The notes under the pieces were generated by a model that did no database searches, was not told where the DNA came from, and worked only from the letters and a program-made list of their open reading frames with translations. Both the position numbers and the translations under genes were made by a program. From an uncultured Candidatus Saccharibacteria bacterium (GTDB taxonomy: Bacteria; Patescibacteriota; Saccharimonadia; Saccharimonadales; UBA4665), in contig CAYSOP010000002.1 in the NCBI GenBank assembly GCA_964432725.1, forward strand, positions 44,354 through 108,353: DNA of 64,000 nt, in the 5' to 3' direction. This document shows positions 18,518 through 27,533 of this stretch, piece after piece; position 1 is the first letter of the stretch; each line of letters starts with the position of its first letter.

Positions 18518-18853
18518 ATGCCTATTATTAAGTCAGCTAAAAAGCGCGTACGTGTGTCTAACAAGGCAGCTGTACGTAACAGCAAAACCAAGCGCAGCCT
18601 TAAGACTGCCCTAAAGGCCTTTGCTGCCAGCCTTGGCGGTAAAGATGTTAAGCAAACCGAAAGCAAAGCCGCTAGCGAATTAGACAAAGCCGCTAAAAAA
18701 GGCCTTATGCACAAAAACAAGGTAGCTCGCAAAAAAAGCCAGCTTGCCCGTGCTGCTAAAGCCGCCGGCGCCGCTGCACCAGCAGCTGCCAAGGTCAAGA
18801 AACCTGCTGCCAAAAAGCCAGCCGCTAAAAAAGCCGTAGCTAAGAAAAAATAA
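18518..18853 (+). CDS. rpsT: 30S ribosomal protein bS20 with Lys/Ala-rich C-terminal extension
   Basis: 'PIIKSAKKRVRVSNKAAVRNSKTKRSLKTALK' and 'KGLMHKNKVARKKS' S20 motifs. Tail 'AAKVKKPAAKKPAAKKAVAKKK'. Confidence 0.85.
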   Translation: MPIIKSAKKRVRVSNKAAVRNSKTKRSLKTALKAFAASLGGKDVKQTESKAASELDKAAKKGLMHKNKVARKKSQLARAAKAAGAAAPAAAKVKKPAAKKPAAKKAVAKKK

Positions 18854-18914
18854 CCTAGTTACTCTGTTAAGGCGTTTGACTTAACGCTACTTCGATGCTA
18901 TCGTACTTTACACG

Positions 18915-19463
18915 ATGGCACATGGCGAGACTACGGGTAATCTACTAGAAAAACTACAGCGGATGCGCGAAAGCGCACCCGTTTTTACTCCTACGCAAGG
19001 AGTCATGGAAATGCCCATTGCTGCTGAGCGCTGGCAACCAATGATTCGACACCTAATGGATCTGCACAAAGCGCGCAGGCTTGGCATGCTAGTACTGATA
19101 CGCAGCGGGTATATACCCTCAGAACTTGGCGTTCTAGGCGAATTGACTGACCAAGAAGCGACAGCGCTAGCAATCGCTTCGGGTGCGCAAGTTAATAACT
19201 TGCACAACACCCGCCAAGGCACGTACAAAGGCATCCATCGTTATGATGCCGACGACACAGACGTCCAGCCAATATCAGGTCCCGACAGCCGCTCTGATTC
19301 GTTCAGGCTCGATGTCGGGGATACGACCGCCCGGCTTGTGGTTACACACCCCACTCACCTGAGTGAGCGCCCGACGGCACCCATTCCGCGGCCGGCACCG
19401 TATTTAGACGTCGGCGATACAGTGAAGCTCGTTATTTCACCTCGACAGCCGGATCAAAAATAG
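18915..19463 (+). CDS. hypothetical protein (182 aa)
   Basis: The only long ORF filling this gap. No SD and no motif. The 3' end overlaps the convergent holA by 27 nt. Confidence 0.4.
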   Translation: MAHGETTGNLLEKLQRMRESAPVFTPTQGVMEMPIAAERWQPMIRHLMDLHKARRLGMLVLIRSGYIPSELGVLGELTDQEATALAIASGAQVNNLHNTRQGTYKGIHRYDADDTDVQPISGPDSRSDSFRLDVGDTTARLVVTHPTHLSERPTAPIPRPAPYLDVGDTVKLVISPRQPDQK

Positions 19464-20357
19464 CCGCAGCGCTTCGTCGGCGTCGATTGAAACCGTTTTA
19501 AGCTGTAAGTCTAGCTTTAACAAATCGCGTACCTGCTGTTTTAATGCCTCTAGCGACAAACCACGCGCGAGCCCTTGGCTTTTACGCACCACATACGGAT
19601 TCACCTTGCCCTGTTTGGCAATGTCGTCTGCGCTGCGGCTGCCGGCTGTTTTAATAAGCGCAAGTATGTGCAGCTGCCAGGCCAGCATGGCAATAATGGC
19701 CTGGGGTTCTACCTTTAGGGCGCGCTGTTCCTGATACAACTCTAATGCCCGTTTAGTGTTACCGCTAAAGGCAGCGTCTAGTAGCTCGAACACGGTGCTT
19801 TGCGGCAGTGGGTCGGTTAGTAGTTCGATGGTAGTACGAGTAATGGCTGGGTCGTACGCCAATAGCTTGTTCAGATCTTGCTGCAGTAACTGCTGATTAG
19901 CGCCAATACGTTCTATGAGCAACCGGGCATCAGCGGCCGGTAGGCTGCCGCCCTGCTCTGCGGCGTAGGCACTCGCCCAACGGGCTAATCCGTTAGCATC
20001 TAATTCGGGGAATTCTTTAAAGTCAGTCTTTTTCTTGAGGGTCTTGTAATAGGTTAAACGCTTATCTAGTTTCGGTTCTACGATAACAATATCGCTGCTA
20101 TCGGCAGCGTCGGCTAGCGCAGCCTCTAGGGCATCGGCGAAGGCCTTTTGCTTGCCTGGACTACGCAGCACCACTAGTTTGCGGTCGGTTAAAAACGGCA
20201 AACTGGCCATGCTTTCGCGCATGCGTGGGGCGTCGTCTTCGTCGCCGTCGTAACGTTCCACGGCCATATCGGTGTGGGCGGCAATAAAGTCAGCCGTCAG
20301 CTTGCTTAGCTCGGCTTGCAGTGCAAAAGTATTCGCCCCCGTTAATGTCACTACCAT
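19437..20357 (-). CDS. holA: DNA polymerase III subunit delta
   Basis: 306 aa with a typical HolA layout ('...LPFLTDRKLVVL...', C-terminal helical domain 'FELLDAAFSGNTKRALELY'). Confidence 0.8.
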   Translation of the reverse strand: MVVTLTGANTFALQAELSKLTADFIAAHTDMAVERYDGDEDDAPRMRESMASLPFLTDRKLVVLRSPGKQKAFADALEAALADAADSSDIVIVEPKLDKRLTYYKTLKKKTDFKEFPELDANGLARWASAYAAEQGGSLPAADARLLIERIGANQQLLQQDLNKLLAYDPAITRTTIELLTDPLPQSTVFELLDAAFSGNTKRALELYQEQRALKVEPQAIIAMLAWQLHILALIKTAGSRSADDIAKQGKVNPYVVRKSQGLARGLSLEALKQQVRDLLKLDLQLKTVSIDADEALRLFLIRLSR

Positions 20358-20385
20358 AGTCTAGGTATGATACCATCTAAAGACT

Positions 20386-20850
20386 ATGCAAGACTCAACT
20401 ACGAAAGACACTGTTATTACTATTTGCTCCAGCGCCGCCTTTTACCGGCAGGCTGTAGACATTCAGGACAAGCTAGAAGCCCTTGGCCTAAAAATAGTCG
20501 TGCCCGACCTGACCAACACTATGCGGCAAAGCAACGACTACGACGTAAGCCACTACAAAACGTGGTTCGAGAACGACGCTGATTACAGCAAAAAAGCGGC
20601 ACTTATGCACGGCCACTTTGATAAAGTAGCTGCCACCGACGTTATTTTGGTTTTAAACTACGAAAAGAACGGTAAACAAAACTATATTGGCGCCAATGTA
20701 CTGATGGAAATGGCTTTGGCCTTCCACTTTAACAAGCCTATTTTTATCTTGAACGAAATGCCCGAAGACTCTCCTTTCGAAGAAGAGCTAAAAGGCATGT
20801 CACCCATTCTGCTGCACGGCAAAGCCGAAGACATAGCCAAGCACCTTTAG
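20386..20850 (+). CDS. nucleoside 2-deoxyribosyltransferase-like (Rossmann-like) protein
   Basis: 'ITICSSAAF...' N-terminus and 'GANVLMEMALAFHFNKPIFIL' resemble the NDT-like catalytic Glu region. Assignment is by eye only. Confidence 0.4.
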   Translation: MQDSTTKDTVITICSSAAFYRQAVDIQDKLEALGLKIVVPDLTNTMRQSNDYDVSHYKTWFENDADYSKKAALMHGHFDKVAATDVILVLNYEKNGKQNYIGANVLMEMALAFHFNKPIFILNEMPEDSPFEEELKGMSPILLHGKAEDIAKHL

Positions 20851-21722
20851 CGCGGCTGCTTTTGGCAGAACGGGCAAATATGTGTACCACGGCCGGCAAC
20901 ACGCATTTTTGTTATAAGCGTGCCACAGCGCGGGCACGGCTGGCCCTCACGGCGGAATGCGCGGGCGAATGTAAGGTAACTGCCCCGCTTGCCCTCTGCA
21001 CTTACGTAGTTGCGGTCGGTTGAGCCGCCCTTTTCTATAGATAACCTAAGCACTGCCTGTAATTCTGTAAACAAGGTGTGCAGTGCTTTTGTGGAAAGTG
21101 CGTTCACTTTGGTTTCTGGGTGGATTTTAGCACCCCACAGGCTTTCGTCGGCATAAATATTACCAATACCCGCAACCACTGTTTGGTCTAATAGTACTGC
21201 CTTGATACCGCTATTAGGGCGGCGGCGAATGCGGGCGGCAAAGTCGGCGGCTGTAAAATCGTCGGCCAATGGTTCGGGGCCAACCTTTTTAAAGAAGTCT
21301 AGATTTTCGACCTCTGGTGTTGGCAGTAATCGCATCCAGCCAAATTTACGCTGGTCGTTAAAAAACAAACGGCTGCCGTCGGTGCACGTTAGGGTTACGC
21401 GGGTGGATTTATCTGGCAGTTCGCCAATTAAACTGTCGTTCGGGTGCCCTGCCCCAAATTGCGCGGTTGCGCTTCTAAATACCAATTGGCCGGTCATCTT
21501 TAGATGAATAACCAACGAGTAGTTAGTAGACAGGTCAATAATCAGCACTTTGGCGCGGCGCCGTACGCCTGTTACCTTTGCGTCAATTAAGAACTCAGAA
21601 ACATCTGCCGGAGCATTAGGGAACCCCTTGGGCCAGTCATGCGTTTCGTGCGCAATAACCCGGCCGGGCAATAATGCCGACAGGCCAATGCGAACAGTCT
21701 CTACCTCGGGTAACTCGGGCAT
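20847..21722 (-). CDS. mutM: formamidopyrimidine-DNA glycosylase
   Basis: N-terminal 'MPELPEVETV', H2TH region and C-terminal zinc finger 'CPRCGTLITKMRVAGRGTHICPFCQ'. Confidence 0.9.
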   Translation of the reverse strand: MPELPEVETVRIGLSALLPGRVIAHETHDWPKGFPNAPADVSEFLIDAKVTGVRRRAKVLIIDLSTNYSLVIHLKMTGQLVFRSATAQFGAGHPNDSLIGELPDKSTRVTLTCTDGSRLFFNDQRKFGWMRLLPTPEVENLDFFKKVGPEPLADDFTAADFAARIRRRPNSGIKAVLLDQTVVAGIGNIYADESLWGAKIHPETKVNALSTKALHTLFTELQAVLRLSIEKGGSTDRNYVSAEGKRGSYLTFARAFRREGQPCPRCGTLITKMRVAGRGTHICPFCQKQPR

Positions 21723-21734
21723 ACCCTTACTATA

Positions 21735-22286
21735 CTATGCAGCTAGGCTGACGCTGCCCCGCAGAACATCTATGCCGTGCACTAGTACGTCAGCAGCTTC
21801 TGCGCGCGCAAAACGGTCCGGGCTAGATTGTGCTTGAGTCTGTAGCGCGTCAACTATAACGCCTAGCGCTTCGGTGTCTACGGCAGCCTGTTCCGGGCCT
21901 ATAGGCAAGGCGTGGCACTCCTTGGTTAAGACGACCATCTGCCGTATAGATCTCTGCCATACGTTACCGTCATCCGTACTAGGCCAAAAATCGATAAGAG
22001 GTTCAACGTCAGCGATTGCAGCGACTGAACGAGCACGTAGATCGCGAGTAACGGGCATCGCCGCACACATATTCTTGCATGCCAGCGCTGCCGTTCGCTC
22101 CACCGTCTCAGGATTCACGCCCTTTGTGGCCACTAAGTCAGCGCTGTATTGCTCAACGGCTCGAGCAGCAACTCCCCATATGGCCGTATCAGTGAGAGTA
22201 CATTCTGCCGGAGCAGGGAGTAACTCCTCATCTATTAGAGGGATAGAATCTATGGCCAATACTCGTGATTCAGTTGAAACGCTCAT
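21735..22286 (-). CDS. hypothetical protein (183 aa)
   Basis: ORF tightly packed 12 nt upstream of mutM. No motif. Confidence 0.5.
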   Translation of the reverse strand: MSVSTESRVLAIDSIPLIDEELLPAPAECTLTDTAIWGVAARAVEQYSADLVATKGVNPETVERTAALACKNMCAAMPVTRDLRARSVAAIADVEPLIDFWPSTDDGNVWQRSIRQMVVLTKECHALPIGPEQAAVDTEALGVIVDALQTQAQSSPDRFARAEAADVLVHGIDVLRGSVSLAA

Positions 22287-22378
22287 AGCTGTGAAATATT
22301 TAACAACACCATAACGCTTAACGTGTTATGTGTCAACTGCTTATGTTTAGATGGAACATGGTCTGTATAGTACATAGT

Positions 22379-22615
22379 ATGGATAGTTTAAAAGATTTAC
22401 TCGGTAACTATGGCCCTAAGGAACCCGAGGAAATTACCGCCGTTAAACGCTATATTGCCGATACCTTCAGTGCCGAATCGACCGTAAGTATTCAGGGCAA
22501 TGCCTTGGTTATTACGGTCGCCAGCGCTTCGCTGGCTAACACCCTTCGTCTTCGTTTGCCTGCCATTCAGGCTGTTGCCAATACCCAAAAACGATTAGTG
22601 TTTAGGATTGGCTAG
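22379..22615 (+). CDS. small DUF721/DciA-like protein
   Basis: The pattern '...VSIQGNALVITVASASLANTLRLRLPAIQ...' resembles DUF721. Start moved to the ATG at 22379. Confidence 0.35.
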   Translation: MDSLKDLLGNYGPKEPEEITAVKRYIADTFSAESTVSIQGNALVITVASASLANTLRLRLPAIQAVANTQKRLVFRIG

Positions 22616-23187
22616 TAGCCAAGGCCGGTGCCCTTGGTAACTTCGCGGAAGTCTTTGGCAGGAATCTGGTGGCGGAATAAGCCGCGGATGATTTCGCCGT
22701 TACCCTTGAAGGTGCCAACTTTACATTCGCTGTTCCAAAAACGCTGTATGCTCGAGCCACCGGGGCTAATAATTTCGTAGATGTAGCGTTTACTGGTAGG
22801 ACACAAGCCGCGTTCGTCGGCTTTAGCCTTATCGGTATCACCATTGGTGTAGCCCTGGAATTGTAATGCACGTAAGAACACAGTGTAGGCCTCTTGGTCG
22901 TTGTCTAATGTCTTAGTGGCAGTAACATCGCCATCGTACCCGCTTACAGTTTCGATGGTGCGTTCGTCGCGGCCAACCGTAATACGTACCGTAAAGTGGT
23001 CTTCTTCGCCGTTTACGCGGCTATCTATGCTCAGCCGCGTTACCGTGGCTGTATTAGCGTAGTCGCTGAGGACGGCCTTAGGTGCAACGGTTTCGTTGCC
23101 GCCACCACCGCCCAGGGCCCGGATTATCAAAATAACGACTAAAATGATTAGTCCAAGTGCTACTAGAAAACCTAAAAAATATTTCAT
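22612..23187 (-). CDS. membrane-anchored hypothetical protein
   Basis: N-terminal TM 'FLGFLVALGLIILVVILII', then a ~150-aa extracytoplasmic domain. Confidence 0.6.
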   Translation of the reverse strand: MKYFLGFLVALGLIILVVILIIRALGGGGGNETVAPKAVLSDYANTATVTRLSIDSRVNGEEDHFTVRITVGRDERTIETVSGYDGDVTATKTLDNDQEAYTVFLRALQFQGYTNGDTDKAKADERGLCPTSKRYIYEIISPGGSSIQRFWNSECKVGTFKGNGEIIRGLFRHQIPAKDFREVTKGTGLGY

Positions 23188-23276
23188 AAACTTCGTACCT
23201 ACACCTTAAAAAGTGTATGTAAATAGTACCACATAAGCGCAATAATTACAAGTATGTAGCATGACGAGTTTGCCTC

Positions 23277-23303
23277 GTCATTCCGGACTTGATCCGGAAT
23301 CCA
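23277..23303 (+). repeat. GTCAT...CCA hairpin repeat, copy H2
   Basis: GTCATTCCGGACTTGATCCGGAATCCA. Preceded by the overlapping palindrome ATGACGAG-TTTGC-CTCGTCAT (23261-23281). Confidence 0.8.
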
Positions 23304-23323
23304 AATCAATCAAGTATTCCTCT

Positions 23324-23351
23324 GTCATCCTGAACTCGATTCAGGATCCAG
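23324..23351 (+). repeat. GTCAT...CCAG hairpin repeat, copy H3
   Basis: GTCATCCTGAACTCGATTCAGGATCCAG. One mismatch to H1. Confidence 0.85.
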
Positions 23352-23400
23352 TAAAAGTAAGATTCCTTTTACTTCTTTTCTCTGATCACTATCAAACTGT

Positions 23401-23642
23401 AATGTTACTTCTTTTGTCCCGCCAAAAGAAGTAACCAAGAAAACCTCTCGGTACTCCATCACCCACTCGACTGCTTCCACTAGGTTATTTCGGAGCAAAA
23501 AGGACTCCCTGCGGTCGGCCCTCCGCCGCTCTCCATAGGAAAGCTCCGGGCTAGGATTTTTGCTTGATTCCGAACTAACCTAGCTCCAGCAATCGGGTGG
23601 CTGCTGAGGTACCGAACCCTTGCTGCAAATGGGTGCGTGGGG
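23401..23642 (-). repeat. mosaic intergenic element, copy A (candidate structured RNA)
   Basis: The reverse complement aligns block-wise with 36461-36765, including a 53-nt block (23402-23454 vs 36713-36765) that differs only in a hairpin loop. The stem GCTAGG/CCTAGC is conserved around unrelated loops. Confidence 0.7.
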
Positions 23643-23795
23643 TTAACGCCTAACATGCGCTCGTACTATTGCATGTAAGTGACTTGGCCGAAGTGGAGCC
23701 GGATAGGTAATCTAAAGTAATATAACTTGCATATACCGCGCGTGAGCGGTCACTTATATGGAATGGTACGAGTAGCAACCGGAGGTCTTACCGTA

Positions 23796-24314
23796 TTAGA
23801 TTAGATTCCGGCTCGGGGGCCGGAATGACGGGGTCAGATCGTCGGGTGTAATTTCGTAACGAGTATCGCGGATGACAGCTCCGTGTGCATCTTTCTCGCT
23901 CATATTCAGCCAGAAGCGAGTAGGTTTGGCCACGTACAGCCGCTGTCCCCTGCCCCTGTATTGTTCTATATCTCCCATAAAACCATACTGCTGTTCTTTT
24001 AACGATTTTAGGAGGTTGTATGCACGCTTAAGTTGGGCCGGATCTTCGATAACGGTTGCAGTAGCTTCTACAAACAGACCACCGTGCCCTGCCCGGCTGT
24101 CAAAAATAACCAGAGATACCTTGTGTGTACGGGCAATATTGCGCGAATGCAGGTTGTCCGGATGCGATGACCAATAGCCATGTAGCTGGTCGTCAAACGC
24201 CATAAACACTGGTGAATTATGCGGCGAGCCATCGTCATTTACGGTGGCAATGGCTACATGATGGATGTCGCGCAGCAGTTCTTGGACTCGGGCAATGCGC
24301 TCAGGTGGAATCAT
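23796..24314 (-). CDS. pyridoxamine 5'-phosphate oxidase-family (FMN-binding split-barrel) protein
   Basis: The pattern 'HHVAIATVNDDGSPHNSPVFMAFDD...YWSSHPDNLHSRNI' matches the family. Confidence 0.75.
   Translation of the reverse strand: MIPPERIARVQELLRDIHHVAIATVNDDGSPHNSPVFMAFDDQLHGYWSSHPDNLHSRNIARTHKVSLVIFDSRAGHGGLFVEATATVIEDPAQLKRAYNLLKSLKEQQYGFMGDIEQYRGRGQRLYVAKPTRFWLNMSEKDAHGAVIRDTRYEITPDDLTPSFRPPSRNLI
23802..23829 (-). repeat. GTCAT...hairpin repeat, copy H8, embedded in the 3' end of a CDS
   Basis: The minus strand reads GTCATTCCGGCCCCCGAGCCGGAATCTA. It encodes part of the last 11 codons ('SFRPPSRNLI') of the 23796-24314 gene. Confidence 0.7.
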
Positions 24315-24329
24315 ACGACCACTGTACCA

Positions 24330-24890
24330 CTACATGTCGGACTGGGTTTGGAGTGCGTCGAATAGTTGTGGGTAGTAGTTGCCTTGGCGGGGATAGTACT
24401 TTTGGGCGCCGCCTTCGCTGCCGATTTCGCTAATAACGTCCATCATGGGCTTCCAGGCGAGCTCAGTCACTTTGTCGGGGTTGATTACCAAATCGTCCAA
24501 GTTTATATCGCGCTTTAACAAAAATACATGACCAAGCACCTTGTGTACTTTACCGTCCGGCAAAGGGTTAGCAGTTTGAATATTAAATAAGTGGCGCAGT
24601 TCGTCATGCTGTATAGCCATGCCTAGCTCGTTCTGCACGCAGCGAATGGCGGCCACGTAAGGGTCTTCGGCTGGCTTAACGTGTGTACCAACGGCTACGT
24701 CCCACATGCCGGGATTAAGCTCTACTTTTGGCGAACGGAGTTGCAAAAGCACCTCGCCTGTAGCGTTCATAATCCAGACGTTTACGATCTCGTGCCATAG
24801 CTGCTGGGTGTGCACCATCTGGCGTTCCATGATTTGGCCGGTCTTGTGCCCCTCTTCGTCGAGCACTTCGGAATACTGCGGTTCTGCCAT
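24330..24890 (-). CDS. Nudix-family hydrolase (IDI-like layout)
   Basis: 'LLQLRSPKVELNPGMWDVAVGTHVKPAEDPYVAAIRCVQNELGM' is a degenerate Nudix box. Confidence 0.7.
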   Translation of the reverse strand: MAEPQYSEVLDEEGHKTGQIMERQMVHTQQLWHEIVNVWIMNATGEVLLQLRSPKVELNPGMWDVAVGTHVKPAEDPYVAAIRCVQNELGMAIQHDELRHLFNIQTANPLPDGKVHKVLGHVFLLKRDINLDDLVINPDKVTELAWKPMMDVISEIGSEGGAQKYYPRQGNYYPQLFDALQTQSDM

Positions 24891-24969
24891 ACCCCTTATG
24901 GTACGCCCCTTTACTGTAATACACCACTAGAGTACAGATTGTGCCTATGACGTGTGAGCCGGGCCAAAG

Positions 24970-27498
24970 CTACAAGTCGCCCCATGTAGGGCCGGTTTTG
25001 ACGTCTACTTTAAGGGTAACGGGCAGTTTATGGATCCCTTCCATAGTGTCTTTTAAGATTTTGGCTACTTTTTCGGCGTTTTCTGCGGGGGTTTCTACTA
25101 AAATGCTGTCGTGCACTTGTAACAGTTGTTCGCCAAGCCCCTGCAGGTTTTCTTCTACCCGTAGCATAGCCAGCTTCATAAGGTCAGCTTCGGTGCCCTG
25201 GATGGGCATGTTCATGGCGGCCCGCTTGGCGGCCTCGCGTACGGCGAAGTTGCTGCTCTTAAGGTCAGGGCTAGGCCGGCGCCGGCCGAAGATGGTTTCT
25301 GCATACCCTTGCTCGCGGGCTTCTTCTACAATATTATCCATGTATTCGCGGATTGGCTTACGCAGTTGAAAATACTTATCTATAAACTGTTTGGCTTCTA
25401 CAAATGTCATGCCGGTAGCGGCGCTTAAGCCATGGGGGCTCATGCCATACAAAATACCAAAGTTTACTACTTTGGCGCTGCGGCGCTGGTCTTTGGTTAC
25501 TTCTTCCATGGGCACACCGTACACTTGGGCGGCAGTTTTGGTGTGTACATCGACGTCTTTGTTAAAGTCATCGATTAGTTCTTGGTCTTTGGCTATAACG
25601 GCACTGAGGCGTAGCTCGAACTGGTTATAGTCGGCACTGACAAACACGTTACCCTTTTTAGGGATGAACGCACGCCTAATGTCATTACCGATCTGGGTGC
25701 GGGTAGGAATGTTTTGCAGGTTTGGATCGCGCGAACTTAAGCGGCCGGTTGCGGCCACGTCTAGATCGTACGTAGTGTGCAACTTGCCGTCTTTGTCTAC
25801 CAGCTTGGGTAGCGTGTCCAAATAAGTACTTTTAAGCTTGGTAAACTCGCGGTACTCCAAGACCGCTGCGGGCAATGGATGGAGGTTTTTTAACTTTATA
25901 AGTTCGGCGGCACCAGTGCTGTAGCCAGTCTTACCACGCTTAACCCCTGCCGTCGGCAGGCCGAGTTTTTCGTACAAAATCGTGCCCAGCTGCGACGGGC
26001 TGCCGATGTTAAACTCTTGCCCTGCCTGGGCGTAAATACGTCGTTCTATAATGCCTATCTTTTTTTCGAACTCTTTGGCCATTGTTTCTAGGTATTCACT
26101 GTTCAGTTGTATGCCGCGGTGTTCAACAACGGCAAGCAACCAAATAGACGGGTAGTCTATGTCTTGGGCTACTTTGGCAATTTTGGGTATGGCCGCAATA
26201 AGAGGCGCCTGAGTTTGATAGGCTTTCCAGATGGCGGCGATTACCTCGCCCGGCTGTTCGGTATCTATGGGCTGATCAAGCAGGTCGGTGAGTTCGCGCG
26301 AGCGTTCCAGGCTGTTCAATAAAAATGCGGCAATACGGGTATCGTGGTGCACCCGCCCTTCGCTGCCGCCGTCTGCAGCCAAAGCCGCACGGAATGTGGT
26401 CTTAAGGTCATGGCCGATAAGGGGGCCGTTCAGCAGCTCGCGCGCATCCGACAAAGGCAAAGTGCTATATTCACCTGGCTTGCTGCTTACCCAAAGCGTG
26501 ACACCGTCGGGGCTAACCGAGACAACGTGAGGCTGGTCTGTAGCGTAGTCGGCCAACGAAAGCGACACTTCCTTTGCGGCTTCCAGCTTATCAACCGGAG
26601 TCTCGATGGCAGCAATCTCTTCTTTAGATAAACTACTCTCGGCTTGGCGTAGTAGCGTACGGAACTCGAACTTTTTAAGCAGAGCTACAAATTCCGGCGT
26701 GACGCCGTCTGTTAGCTTGGCTTTATCGAAATCGAGCGCCATAGGTGCGTCGTCCATGAGGGTTACGAGTTTTTGGCTGAGGTAGGCCATGTCTTTGTCT
26801 TTGTCGAGCTTGGCTTTAAGAGTAGGCTTTAGCAAGTCCAAATGGGCATATACACCGTCCAGAGTTTCGTATTTGGAGATTAAATCCAGGGCAGTTTTCT
26901 CGCCAATACCGCCAACGCCAGGAATGTTATCAGAGGCGTCGCCCTTTAAGGCTTTAACGTCCACCCATTGGTGCGCACTGACACCGTACTTTTCTTCGAA
27001 GTACGCAACGTTAAACAGCTCTATGTTGCTTAAGCCCTTCTTTAGGGTGTATATATGCGTGTGCTCATTTACACACTGTAGTACATCCAGGTCGCTGGTT
27101 ACTAAATAGCTTTCTATCCCCTTTTTGCCGGCTTGCTTGGCAAATGTCGCCATAAGGTCGTCAGCTTCGTAATCGTCTAGCTCGTAGAGCGGCCATTCTA
27201 GGGCCTGCAATAATTCGTACAAAATTTCGACTTGTTCGTAAAAATCTTCTGGAGCTGCCTTACGGCCGGCTTTGTACTGCGGGTATAGCTTAAGACGCGA
27301 ACGAATATTGGTGTGGCGCTTGTCCCAGGCAACACAGACGTAATCGGGTTTAAGCTTCTTAACCACTTCTAGTGCCATAACCGCAAAGCCATACACCCCA
27401 CCAGTGGGGCGGCCGTCTTTAGTACTCAGGTTAGGCATGGCGTAATAGCCACGGTAAAATACGCTCTTGCCGTCTATAATCACCAGTCTCTTACTCAT
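24970..27498 (-). CDS. polA: DNA polymerase I
   Basis: 5'-nuclease N-terminus, motif A 'SADYNQFELR', motif B 'RRSAKVVNFGILYG' and motif C 'QVHDS'. No DxE ExoI motif was seen. Confidence 0.95.
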   Translation of the reverse strand: MSKRLVIIDGKSVFYRGYYAMPNLSTKDGRPTGGVYGFAVMALEVVKKLKPDYVCVAWDKRHTNIRSRLKLYPQYKAGRKAAPEDFYEQVEILYELLQALEWPLYELDDYEADDLMATFAKQAGKKGIESYLVTSDLDVLQCVNEHTHIYTLKKGLSNIELFNVAYFEEKYGVSAHQWVDVKALKGDASDNIPGVGGIGEKTALDLISKYETLDGVYAHLDLLKPTLKAKLDKDKDMAYLSQKLVTLMDDAPMALDFDKAKLTDGVTPEFVALLKKFEFRTLLRQAESSLSKEEIAAIETPVDKLEAAKEVSLSLADYATDQPHVVSVSPDGVTLWVSSKPGEYSTLPLSDARELLNGPLIGHDLKTTFRAALAADGGSEGRVHHDTRIAAFLLNSLERSRELTDLLDQPIDTEQPGEVIAAIWKAYQTQAPLIAAIPKIAKVAQDIDYPSIWLLAVVEHRGIQLNSEYLETMAKEFEKKIGIIERRIYAQAGQEFNIGSPSQLGTILYEKLGLPTAGVKRGKTGYSTGAAELIKLKNLHPLPAAVLEYREFTKLKSTYLDTLPKLVDKDGKLHTTYDLDVAATGRLSSRDPNLQNIPTRTQIGNDIRRAFIPKKGNVFVSADYNQFELRLSAVIAKDQELIDDFNKDVDVHTKTAAQVYGVPMEEVTKDQRRSAKVVNFGILYGMSPHGLSAATGMTFVEAKQFIDKYFQLRKPIREYMDNIVEEAREQGYAETIFGRRRPSPDLKSSNFAVREAAKRAAMNMPIQGTEADLMKLAMLRVEENLQGLGEQLLQVHDSILVETPAENAEKVAKILKDTMEGIHKLPVTLKVDVKTGPTWGDL

Positions 27499-27533
27499 GC
27501 CATCAGTATAGCGTACTCAGACGCTCATTAGGT

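Noticed and set aside
18508-18813. A 101-aa minus-strand ORF opposite rpsT.
   Set aside because: The Ala/Leu-rich mirror of the Lys/Ala-rich S20 gene. The rpsT assignment is secure.
22602-22871. An 89-aa ORF overlapping the 3' part of 22612-23187 in another frame.
   Set aside because: It is fully nested in a longer ORF that has a clear signal anchor and better coding character.
23600-23630. tRNA or tmRNA-like T-arm (GGGTTCGGTACC; also GGGTTCGGAACC at 36484-36497).
   Set aside because: Only a 3-bp stem can form. There is no acceptor stem, no CCA-proximal pairing, no D or anticodon arms, and no tag ORF. It was kept only as a conserved block of the mosaic element.
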